A stretch of DNA of 44,952 nucleotides from Craspedostauros australis (taxonomy: Eukaryota), in contig JALAGF010005473.1 of NCBI GenBank assembly GCA_030167865.1, positions 62,001 to 106,952 of the forward strand, given 5' to 3'. The stretch's first letter is position 1, and each line of letters starts with the position of its first letter. Below the pieces are notes generated by a model. It was given only the letters and a program-made list of their open reading frames with translations. It was not told where the DNA came from and searched no databases. This document shows positions 32,851-43,361 of this stretch, piece after piece. Position numbers and translations under genes: made by a program.

Positions 32851-34217
32851 TGTACCATGATCATTCGCTTATCCGAAGCGGGTTGACCTGCCCTGGGGAT
32901 GTGTGGGTCACCCTCTTGTCGGAAGGCGTACTATATGTCATGGGTTCCGTGGTCGTCAAAGAATGTGCGATGCCAGAGTGGAAGAATGCAACCAAGCACA
33001 TTGCAACGTTGTATAATACCAGTGAGACAGCCGCAACAAGAGCATTCCCGCAGGCCACGGGTACGACGGTTGGTATGACGCAGGTAATGGCAGGCAACAT
33101 AATTCTACGATTTCGCTGCGCTGATGACAACACTCAGCTCTTCTCTGCTCCGCTCTAAAGAAAGTTGACCCCGACACCCATTCTATTTGAGCACTACACA
33201 ACTTGCAAATCACCAAGGGGAGCCTCCCAGTCATGTAGCAGCGCAGCCATCATTTAGGCAATGCTAAGGCAATACCATCACCATTTTGTCCGTGAAGTTT
33301 CCCCGCTTGCGCTTTAATTTTAGAATAAACTTTGGTGAAGAACGATCTGCAACAACCATGGGGTCTCTTGCGTCTGTCCCATCTCTCTCTTGCGTCGCTC
33401 GGTTGCTCTGCTTCACTGCCAATACCAACTGCCCATTGGATTGCTTGTGAACACGTCCTGCCCGTGCCATCTTTCCATCAGCAAAGACTGAATACTGTAC
33501 GAATGGCGAGAAGGAGTAATCGTGGAATAGCATTCTACGTGATCTCATCATCCTCTATCGCATGCTGGTGGTGGAAGCCGGCTCTGAGCGGAAATGCCTT
33601 GTATCACATGGAGTGAAGGTGTTCCACCTCCTTCCCACGATGGTGTCCTGGTTGCAGAACCACGTAAAATGACAGGGACAAGGAAGTTGGTCTGTCGGGG
33701 TCATCGCTGACCCTGCTCACGCAGTTTCGTCCAAGAGGTCATGGTCGCCTTGCTTGTCTGTTTGTCCGTGATTGCACGGGATAAAAACGCTCCTTGTTGG
33801 TCCAACGGCCTTTTTTGGGCTCGTTGATTGGATCACTGTCGCAGAAGTCTTCACAGAGAGGTGTTTAGACGTACAACTGCGCGCTTCTTCTTTGTTCTGT
33901 CGTTCTGTGGCACATTCTGCACCCCAGCAACAGACATAGTAACAAGATCGGGGAGACTGCGCACGTGGTTGTTGTTGGTTGTCGCGATGGTGCTCTTCTC
34001 CATCCATCACCTTGCCACCCATAAATCGCATCATTCACCATCCATCATCAGCAATCCATTTGACACTACCACTGCCACCGTGCGAGTGCCCGTATCAGTA
34101 CTACAAGCAATACAAGCAAAACAGACACCATCCAACACTAACAATACTATCATTATATCTCTGTGTCTCTGTGGAGAGAGAGAGAGAGAGAGCACACAAC
34201 ACTCCATCGACACAAGC

Positions 34218-35024
34218 ATGATGGCAAAATCCGATGATGTCTACGATAGCCCCGCCGGATCTTCAACCACCACATTGAAGATGATGGATTCCCTGCAAGA
34301 CGACCTCGACCTGCAGATGATGGCCTTCATGGACATGACCAGCAAGGAAGTCAATGACGTCTACGCCCAGAAGATCCAGGAACTTGCCGCAACCGAGATC
34401 GTCGAGAATGCCATCCAGATCGGCGATCGCATGCCGGGCTTCAAGGGCAAGGACGAGAAACACCGGATCGTGCGCAGTTCGGAGTTGCTGGCGAAAGGCC
34501 CGCTCATCATCAGCTTCTTCCGTGGTGACTGGTGTCCCTACTGCAACATAGAGCTGGAACGATTGTCGAAAGTCCACTCCGACATCTTGGCACGCGGTGC
34601 CACCTTGATCGCGATCTCTCCGCAGTCGCATGACAAGATGAAGCAGCATCAGAAAGAGACGGGGGTGCTCCAAAAGTTCCCCATCGTCTGCGACGAGACG
34701 ATGTCCATTGCCAAGAAATTCCGCATCGCTTTCGAATTGGATCCCATCCTCAACACGATGTACTTGGGCTGGGGCATTGACTTGGCGTCGGCCAACGCCG
34801 ATGGTTCCACCATGCTGCCGCTGGCTGCGACGTACGTGATCGACCAGAGCGGCACGGTGGTGTATTCATTCATGCATTGCGCACCCAGCCAAAGGGCGGA
34901 GCCAGTGGACATTCTCAATGCCATACCGCACAATCCCAAAGCAAAGACGCGACAGCGGTTCACCTTGCGCTCGAGGTTGCAGAAACTCCTGCCGAACATT
35001 TCGCGGACCAGCCGCGCATCCTGA
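34218..35024 (+). CDS. AhpC/TSA peroxiredoxin-like protein, copy 2 (268 aa)
   Basis: GPLIISFFRGDWCPYCN, GATLIAISPQ, LPLAATYVIDQSG and RAEP. Start placed at ATG 34218 by alignment with copy 1 (shared TLKxxDSLQDDLDxQ); the upstream extension of the ORF runs through a GA microsatellite. Confidence 0.9.
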   Translation: MMAKSDDVYDSPAGSSTTTLKMMDSLQDDLDLQMMAFMDMTSKEVNDVYAQKIQELAATEIVENAIQIGDRMPGFKGKDEKHRIVRSSELLAKGPLIISFFRGDWCPYCNIELERLSKVHSDILARGATLIAISPQSHDKMKQHQKETGVLQKFPIVCDETMSIAKKFRIAFELDPILNTMYLGWGIDLASANADGSTMLPLAATYVIDQSGTVVYSFMHCAPSQRAEPVDILNAIPHNPKAKTRQRFTLRSRLQKLLPNISRTSRAS

Positions 35025-35910
35025 TACGAACCACAGACATGTGCCAGAACGGGTAGGGGAAGCAACACAGAGTGCACAGCACAGAGACCATACATATAGT
35101 AATAGTGTACCGATAGCGCAACCGCATGCAACTACGTGCGCACCAACAGGCAATCAATATGCGACCCGTTCCGTGAGGCCACTTTGTGCAAGTTAGATGT
35201 CCATGCTAGATGCAAATGCAAACATACGTAAATGTAGGCGCCATGATCACTCCAATGAGCGAGGGTATGGGACTCTTGTCTTTTTGGTTCGGTACTGCGC
35301 AACATGCGTCCGGGCAACCTCGACTGGAACTCCAATCATCCATCACCTGTCTTCAGTCGTTCTTCCGGTTGCCTTCACTGATACAGCATCAGCAATGGAC
35401 TTTAGGGTTCGCCAAGCCGTTATCGTTTCGGGTCGGTGACCTGTGGCCAGAACCGAGACCACATCAGTACTCGAGGTATGACTGCTCGTCTCCGTATTGA
35501 TTAGATCTGACTTTTGACATCTCGTTTGCTTCTTCCCGCATGTCCATCCAAAAAATGCAAACGGTATCGGTACTGATGCATCATCATACCGATCAACCTG
35601 CTGGTCACATGCCTCGTATTGCACGAGTAGTCGCAACATCGTGCTGTGGTACCATCGCTTGTACTATCCTCAGAGCAGGTCGTGCGGCAAGCGCCTGTGC
35701 CTTGAATTCGCTTGTGTTCTCTACTTATTCTGCCCCTCGTGCTCCTCGTGCCCATCCTTCTTGTGTGCTTGTCTTTCATTTGCTAGCTAGCGTCTACTTG
35801 CTTCTTATAATACTTCCATCTTTCGCGTGCTTGGTCTTGTTCGGCTTGTCGTTCCGGGGCGTTCCCTCCTTTGGCTTGCTTTGCTCTTTGTCTTCATCCT
35901 TCGCCTTGGC

Positions 35911-37421
35911 TTACAGATTTGTCAAATCAGGCTTTGGGTGTTTGTGACGTCCATCCAGATGGTCGAGGGTGGCCGGTGCATTGGGAGGCCCGTACACGTG
36001 CTGTCCCCACTTTGAGCAGTTGCGGTTGGCATGGAACATCATCAGATTCTCGGTCGGGACGCTGAGATTGAAGTTTTTGCCGTAGTCGGTGTAGTCCAAA
36101 TCGAAGAGCTTGAACAGCCGTTCGTAGTACGCTTTCGTTGTGAAATGGTTGCTGCGTGCGCACGTAGTACATGGCATAAAGTAGAGTAGAGCAATAAAAT
36201 ACGCATTGTCAAGCAGAAGCAAGCGTTGCGGTGGGAATGCGAGTCCGAGGTGTGGGCGGGAGATGTGAGACGGCAGGCGAGAGGAAGAATAGAATACTCT
36301 ACAGCAAATGATAGTAGTGCATTCATCAACAGCTGCACCACGAACGACGGCCACATAATGAACCACACCACACCATGCCACACCACACAATTCATGTCAA
36401 CGCCTCGTCCAACTGAGCCCGCGGTACTGTGCAAAGGACAATGCCAGATTTTCGTACTGCATGATATTGCAACACATGCGCTGTGATTCTGAAACGAAGG
36501 TCGACATGTGCTGATTTGGCTGAACATGCGAGTACGCAGACCACGAGACCGTCGCGTGCTGTCCACCACAATGGGCGTCAAACCGATTTCTGCGACACCT
36601 GACCGCCCAACCATTCCCATCGCTCAGCAGTTCAACCACATGATCACTTACTTGTCGGACCAACCATTCGTCTTGGTGAATCTCAAGCCATTGACATCAT
36701 CCACCGGCGTCTTCATCGCAAAGCATGGTCCACGATCGGTGTTTTTGGGAACGTTGGCTCGCTTGTTGAAGCGGACGATCTGCAGATCTTCCGGGTACTC
36801 TTCCATGGTCTGCACGATGCCCTTATGATCGATCGAGCGAGCGAAAGCAAAGTCATGCTGGACGATGTGAACGTATTTGGTCGTCACCAGATCCATGGCC
36901 TGCTTGATGTTGCCTGAGATTCCGACATGGTGCGGCGCCACGATGATGGTGACATGCTTTTGAATCCCAAACGTGGCGTTGAGGTTCGCAATGTACTGGT
37001 CCAATCTCTTCAACTGCCCCGGTGTCGGATGTTTCGGCTTGTCGACGGAGATGAAGAGTGGGGCGGTCTTTGGCAGGCCCTTCAGATTGCGGAACGAGGC
37101 AAGCGTCGCGTTGATCATCTTGAGGGCAGGATGCGAGGGGATGAGAGACGTGATGATGATCACGCTGCTCTTCGCCGCCGACTTTGGCTCTTCGAAGTAG
37201 TTCACTGCGGAATACTGGTAGTGGCCGTAGGTCGGTTTCCGTGCTGTGGAGTCGGTGGCCTCGAGCATCCCGCCACGCGAGGACAGCGAGACGAAGAGCG
37301 CACCGAAGATGACCACGATGAAGACGAGGCCGGATGATTTCTTGGAGCCTTTGCCTGGGACTGGTTGCCGCAGGACCTGCCTGTCGTTGGTTCCTTGTTG
37401 CGGAACTGCAGGGGCGACCAT
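35911..37421 (-). CDS. Type II membrane glycosyltransferase-like (GT-A/GT2-like) protein; 2 exons, 336 aa
   Basis: Exons 37421-36652 and 36151-35911. A 500-nt intron 36651-36152 (GTAAGT...CGCAG, phase 2) restores WSDNNHF. TM LVFIVVIFGALFVSL; motifs IITSLIPSHP, FISVD, VTTKYVHIVQHD, VRFN and HLDGR. Confidence 0.75.
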
Positions 37422-37966
37422 CGTTGTTGTTGCTGACCTTGAGCTGTTGTGGGGTCCCTGATGGATGTGCGGGGGTGTTGGTACTATTATTATTATTATG
37501 AATGTGGCTGTGAGCAACTTCATCCTTCACCCCAAGTAGCCGCTTCGTTGTTTCAACCACAACCACAACCACACAAGAACACAGCAACAGAAACAGGCAA
37601 TACTGTTGTTGATTCGTGACGCCAACGCAGCAGCCTCAACGCAGGGGATTGGCCAAAGAAACCAATGACGAAAAATAATTCGTGAACGAATTCGAATCGT
37701 GTGTGATGGTTGTCCACAAGCTACGTTTTAGAAAAGAAACAAGACTTCTACAGCCTCAAAACCAAGTATACTTGTAGGGCACCTAATTCGAGTAGAACAG
37801 AATGCTCTCTCCAGAGTGCAATATGTATTACAGTTCAGTATCGCGCAAGTGTGTACGAATAATGATACCGAGCAATTGCATAGGAGAGTGCTCTCCTCTA
37901 GTAGGGTGCCATGCCCGACTACGGACGCCTACCTGTGCTGGCGCCGTCGATGGCTGGCCCTTTCGA

Positions 37967-40900
37967 TCATCGATCCTTCTCCAACAACAGCAGCAGCTCA
38001 ACCTTCTTGTCCGCGCCCCATTCCTTGTACAGCCGGATCGCTTCCGCGCGATACAATCTGGCTTTGTCATCATCACCTGTGTCAGCAAAGTACGCCGAGT
38101 ACTTCTCGTTTGCCGTCGCTTCTTCGTGGATGTTCCCCATCTTGCGTGCCGAGCGGATGGATTCCTCGTACAGCTTTTCTGCTTCTTTGAGCTGCCCCCT
38201 GCAGAATCTCTCTTCTGCACCCAGTAATGCAACGCCAACCCTGCAGTTCGGACAACCGTGCCTCTCCCAATCTTTGAGCTTGCCCAGCAGCTTGCGTCCC
38301 ATCCTGTAGTATTTGCGAGTTTTGGACTCTCGAGCGTAAGCGAAACAGCACAAGCCACCATGGAATATCATGGGAATCAGACCATAACTGCCTGGCACCG
38401 TTCGAAGCCAATGCATTGCCAATTCCACCGTCATCTTCGCACCTCGCTCGTGATCACTGAAGCATGATGCGACGACTAGCTTGTGGAGGTTTACAACCAC
38501 GGTGTGAAACGTCACCATGTCATGGTTCTGTTCCACAACTATCTGGCGTTCGTCGTATGCGTCGCCAATGAGTCTCGTTGTTTGGCTGGAGTTCCCACGG
38601 AGATTCATGATCACTTGAAGCCCAGCCATTGTCATGTGGTAGTGCACATTTTGCTGGAAATCCAGCATGACTCTGGCGGATTCGAAATGCTCGGCTTCCA
38701 GAAGACGAAGCGAACCGCCGATAAGGAATGAGATGTTGAGACACGAGAATAGACTCCAGACTGCGGCCTCGACATCTCCAGCTGCCATGCCAATCCGATA
38801 CGCTTCTCGCAACGGCTCCAGCGATTCTCGCAATGGATGCTTCCAGTGGTGCACGAGCGAGTGTACACTGAAAATCGTCCGGCTGTGCGTGTGCTGATCG
38901 TCACTGAGTTTCAGGATATCCAAGGCAAGCTGTCCACATGCTTGGCCCGCTTCGAAATCGTTCATGATGGAACCAAGTATGAGCCCATGGAAGGGAACGA
39001 CTGTGGCCATGTGCGGAGTGATTCCGTCGCGTAGACTGCGCTTCAAGGTCTTGAAGATCACCAATGGGACCATGTCAGGCGCAGTTAAGTATGCTGTACC
39101 CATGAGCTTTTCCAAGCATTTCATGACTGTCGCGTGGTAACGATCATCGCAGCATTCCAGGGCGTCGTCAGTCTCCCTTTGCAACCTCTTCATCATCGTC
39201 TTTGCTGTGAGCATGCCTCGGACGAGGTATACACCACGACCGAGGCTCGATTTTGGGAAGTTACATCCGAGCTTCGACAGAACCTCGAGGCACAGGTCTA
39301 TTGGAGTAACCCCGTGATCCTTTTGCGTCTCTATCATGCACACGTCGATGAGTACGTGGTATGCCCTCACCTTGTCCAAGATGCTGCACTGCTGGTCCAT
39401 GATGATGGAGCAGTACGACCTTGCCCTGTCGAAGTCGCACACCACGCAGCAGCTCTCGGCCGCGGAAGAGTACAGGATGAGGCTCTGCTTGAAGGAGGTC
39501 TCCCAATGAGATTCCGGGAGGAGGTCGATAGCGGTGGTGAAGTACTGCGCGGCCAGATGGAATGCAGATGAGTTCGCGGCCTGCATTCCTGCGTTGTGAT
39601 TGAGCATGACGATCTTCATGCGCCGGTCTTGCTTGCGATGGCCTGGCATGAGATCCTGTCGCTTGTTGAGTAGATTGGCGACGAGGAAGACCTTGGTTTC
39701 GAGCTCGCTGGCGGGCATCCCGTACAGTAGAATCTCACCGACGCGGTAGTTGAGCTCAGAAAGCTGGTCTTGTGTCGGGATGAGTGCCAGTGCAGCTTCC
39801 TGGACCTTGTCGTGGACAAAGCAGAATTCTTGCCGGGTCTTGATCTTGGCCTTCTTCTTCTTCTTCGTGCTCTTCTTGTTGCAATATTGGTTATTCTTGC
39901 CATGCTTTCCACCGTTCCCATCGCTGATAGTGCTCTGATCATCCTTGTCGCTATCATTGCCTTTCGATGAATCGCGGACTCGTTGAATGAGGCCCGCCTC
40001 ACAGCAGCTCTCGAGCATGGCAGCAATATCCGCATCCGACACGTAAGTGCTGGCTTGAAAGATCTGCCGGAAGAACTTGGAATGATCCGAATGGATTGAG
40101 AGACCTTTCATGACGAGGCAGATGTTGCCAAAGGAGAACGTGCTCCCAAGACATGCCGCGATGGAGAGTATCCGATCGCCCGCTGCGATCAGTCGGAGCT
40201 TCTCCGTCATCAGATCGATGACGGTGCTGGTATTGACAGAGGAGCTCGCTGTGAGGGCATTCAGGTTCCACGTCCATTGCAGCTTCGACGAAGACGGCTG
40301 TGGCGTGTGTGAGTGCTCTTGAGTGATCAATCCATTGCTGTGCAGTGACGAGATGTACTGCTGCACAAAGAATGGATTGCCGCCGGTCTTCTTATGCACA
40401 ACTTCTGCCAGCTGCTGAATCCGTTCAGCTGGTGGTGGAGATGGTGGTGGCGACGACAGTTGCGACAGTTGTGGCGGCTGTGAGGAAACGAAAAACAATC
40501 TGGTCAGGTAATCAGTGACTTGGTCGACGCTGAAATCATCGATGGCGAGCCTGACGATTCGAATGGATCTCTCCCGCTTGGATTCCTCCAGCGAGGCCAG
40601 TGTGGCCTTGAACGATTGATTCTCATCGATCATGTTGGAGCGGTAGACTGCGATGATCGTCAATGAGGTGTTCTTGTCGTCCAACAACCACGTCTGAATG
40701 AGGTCGAGTGATGCACGGTCGGCCCATTGGACATCGTCGACAACCACCACAATGGATCGGCAGCTGCACAGAATCTGTATGAACCGTCGCAGGATGAATT
40801 TCAATCGATCCGTGTGCTTCCTGTATTCGACGGAGAACTGGGTTGCGCCATTGGCATCGAAGAGGGACACTGATCTGGAGCCATGAGATGTGACAGATGC

Positions 40901-41803
40901 CGAGGACGAAACCCTGTCTCCTGTGCCATCAACCAAGGAATCAGCACCAACCGCGGCGTGGATGTTCGGAATGACATTGCCGATGAGTTGAATCTCAGCC
41001 GCGGATAGATTCTTCAACAAGGAATTTTGAATGTCAGATTTCATCGGCGTCCCTTGGTGGTCTGCCGCATTGGTTTGGCTTGGGGATGCCGCGATCTGCT
41101 CGCACAGCTCGACCATGGCTCGCTGGATTCCAGCGTACGGCGTGCCCTCGTTCTTGCTGGACAGCTGGCATTTTCCAGAAACGAAGAGGATGCCAGGGGT
41201 TGTGCCCGTTGTTGCAGTGCCGCCTGCTTCGCCGCCTGCCGCGTCAATGTCAGAGGGTGGTGGGCTTCTTGTGCGCATTGCCTGGTGCTTGGCGTGGTCG
41301 ATGATCGCCGACTTGCCGCTCCCAGATTGTCCAGCGACGAGTACCAGCGTGCGCGGCGCCGTGGATGCGGCGCATCGGAGTGAAGATGGCGACGTTGTTG
41401 ATGGTTTTGGCGATTGGTACTGCGCATCATCTCTGTGGCCAGAAGTCTCAGTATCGCTTGTATCATCTGCTGTTGGTCCGTCCTTGGTCCTTAGGGGGGA
41501 CGGCAGTTGCGGTGACGGTGGTGGCGAAGCATCTGAGGCTTCTTTTGGTTGCTGTTGAATCGCAGCGCGGAGGATCCGGACTTCCTTTTCTCTGCCAATC
41601 AGACCAACCTGATCGAAGGCAAGCCGATGCTTGGCATCGAGAGTGTGGCCGATGAGACCACCAGTGCCATTTTCGTTGCCGTTCTCGTTCCGTTGGTTCT
41701 GCTGGTTGCTGTTGATGTTGCTGTCGGTGGTGCTATTCGTGCTGGTGCTGGCAGTGCTAGCGCTCCCGATGCCAGCATCATCGAACTTGCTCTGAGGCAT
41801 CAT
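37967..41803 (-). CDS. STAND-class AAA ATPase (COG3899-like) with C-terminal helical/TPR-like region
   Basis: 1278-aa ORF with LIGREKE, Walker A GQSGSGKS, Walker B VVVVDDVQWAD, KTGGNPFFVQ, AACLG, FVHDKVQEAA and a helical-repeat C-terminus ending ALxxY/AIRLYKEWGA. Confidence 0.9.
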   Translation of the reverse strand: MMPQSKFDDAGIGSASTASTSTNSTTDSNINSNQQNQRNENGNENGTGGLIGHTLDAKHRLAFDQVGLIGREKEVRILRAAIQQQPKEASDASPPPSPQLPSPLRTKDGPTADDTSDTETSGHRDDAQYQSPKPSTTSPSSLRCAASTAPRTLVLVAGQSGSGKSAIIDHAKHQAMRTRSPPPSDIDAAGGEAGGTATTGTTPGILFVSGKCQLSSKNEGTPYAGIQRAMVELCEQIAASPSQTNAADHQGTPMKSDIQNSLLKNLSAAEIQLIGNVIPNIHAAVGADSLVDGTGDRVSSSASVTSHGSRSVSLFDANGATQFSVEYRKHTDRLKFILRRFIQILCSCRSIVVVVDDVQWADRASLDLIQTWLLDDKNTSLTIIAVYRSNMIDENQSFKATLASLEESKRERSIRIVRLAIDDFSVDQVTDYLTRLFFVSSQPPQLSQLSSPPPSPPPAERIQQLAEVVHKKTGGNPFFVQQYISSLHSNGLITQEHSHTPQPSSSKLQWTWNLNALTASSSVNTSTVIDLMTEKLRLIAAGDRILSIAACLGSTFSFGNICLVMKGLSIHSDHSKFFRQIFQASTYVSDADIAAMLESCCEAGLIQRVRDSSKGNDSDKDDQSTISDGNGGKHGKNNQYCNKKSTKKKKKAKIKTRQEFCFVHDKVQEAALALIPTQDQLSELNYRVGEILLYGMPASELETKVFLVANLLNKRQDLMPGHRKQDRRMKIVMLNHNAGMQAANSSAFHLAAQYFTTAIDLLPESHWETSFKQSLILYSSAAESCCVVCDFDRARSYCSIIMDQQCSILDKVRAYHVLIDVCMIETQKDHGVTPIDLCLEVLSKLGCNFPKSSLGRGVYLVRGMLTAKTMMKRLQRETDDALECCDDRYHATVMKCLEKLMGTAYLTAPDMVPLVIFKTLKRSLRDGITPHMATVVPFHGLILGSIMNDFEAGQACGQLALDILKLSDDQHTHSRTIFSVHSLVHHWKHPLRESLEPLREAYRIGMAAGDVEAAVWSLFSCLNISFLIGGSLRLLEAEHFESARVMLDFQQNVHYHMTMAGLQVIMNLRGNSSQTTRLIGDAYDERQIVVEQNHDMVTFHTVVVNLHKLVVASCFSDHERGAKMTVELAMHWLRTVPGSYGLIPMIFHGGLCCFAYARESKTRKYYRMGRKLLGKLKDWERHGCPNCRVGVALLGAEERFCRGQLKEAEKLYEESIRSARKMGNIHEEATANEKYSAYFADTGDDDKARLYRAEAIRLYKEWGADKKVELLLLLEKDR

Positions 41804-43361
41804 CGTGAAGTTGGCGGTTGGGTCTACGGCAAGAATCGTTGCTCAAGAGCGGATTAATGCTGACGTTGGTTTACTGGTCCCAAACAATCCACTGCTGGAA
41901 CGGACTTGTGAGATGTGCAGCTCGCACCTCCTCCGAATGTAGGCTTTGCTTTGCTTTCCTTCCTTTTCTTCGTGCACTTGTGGACATTCGGCGAAGGCAA
42001 CAAAAGCCTCCGCGAGCACCAAGCGCACGGGCACATACGCGTAGGAGTGTGTTCTCGCAGGCTGGGCAAGTCTCCTCTCCAGGAGGAACTCTTGTTCTGC
42101 GAGATCTCCTCCGCCTTGCGCTACCAATTCGGGTCTTGACGAATCACTCTGTCATCTTCTGTGGTGCGCGTGCTGCTGACTGGTGAAATGGATCCTTGCA
42201 GCCCCGCCGACGCGAATCCGCGCAGAGCGAGAACAAAGTGTTTGCGCGTCACAAAATGCGTTGGAAGTTGGTTTCCTGTTGGCGTTTTGATGTCCCAGCG
42301 ACGCATTCGCTGCTTCGAGCGGCGAGAGGAAACCACCCACGCGACTGATCAGCAAATGATCATTTTGTGGGGCTTTCTTGTCTTTCGGCTCTGATACGAT
42401 CTATTATACAAGGCCATTCATTTGCATGCGGTGTTTGTGCCAAAACTTCTTGTTTTTGTTGAGTACCCATCCTCGTTATGATTGCATGTTCACCACGAGT
42501 ACGAGCCATACGCACGCTTGCGCGATGCCTCTGTCAGAGGTTTTTGATGGAGCCAACCAAGGTCGAGATGTGGGCACCAACAACACCCTGGGATGTTGAG
42601 GAGGGAGCAGAAATCACCGCAGTCCTGTCGACGCGAAGGCAACACCAACGAGCGACAATCAGACCGAACCTTCCATCCTTCAACAAGGGCGCCATTTTGC
42701 CACGCGAATCAAAGGAATAGTCGTGGCCGTCCGGGTTCGTCTGAGAACACCAAACGCAGGTATAAGAGAGACGGCATTGGCACGAGAGGGGCACGTCAGG
42801 GGCCATCCAAGCCAAAGAACAAAAGCACATTTGCTCCCTGTCGTGCTTCGTCATTTGTCATGATATTTGCCGTGTAATGTCCTCATTGTCTGCACCATCC
42901 TCCTTTGTGCCTATCCGCAACCACAAGAATAGATCGTACTCGTGCCGAAGGGAGGATTCGTTGGTGTTTCCGATTCAGTCGCCAAGAGGGTCGGACACCA
43001 GCGCCGAGGCAGTCTTTGCATCTCCTTTCGCAACTTCAGAGGTCCCAACAACGTGCTGTCATGTTGGGACCTCATCTGGGCGAGCCGATTCAGACCAACA
43101 CGGATACCCGAAAAGATGGCACCAGCTTGTGCAGCATCATCGCATGCATGCCTGTCTGCGTCTTGTGTCTGCCAGTCTGTATTTGACTGTCTGTGTTTCT
43201 ATGCGCCAGTCTCTTCTTTTTCGTCGGGAGGCATCAGCAGACACACGACACGACAGGGCATTTCACGCATGCTGCCTTCGTTGCGCGAGGGCGAGGCGGG
43301 GGCTCTGGCTGACCTATTGACTGCTCGTCTTTGATGGTTCGTGAGCCGAAGTGAACAATCT

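Noticed and set aside
32861..33133. 90-aa hydrophobic minus-strand ORF between the peroxiredoxin-like genes
   Set aside because: Short, with no recognisable family or gene structure; cannot be supported.
33828..34217. 130-aa N-terminal extension of peroxiredoxin-like copy 2 (likewise 9390-9584 for GT copy 1)
   Set aside because: Non-ATG start, UTR-like sequence (with a GA microsatellite in the peroxiredoxin case) and absent from the paralogue.
36152..36651. Nested gene or extra exon in the 500-nt intron (192-aa ORF 36042-36620)
   Set aside because: Direct splicing already restores WSDNNHF in frame; the ORF is low-complexity and has no motif.
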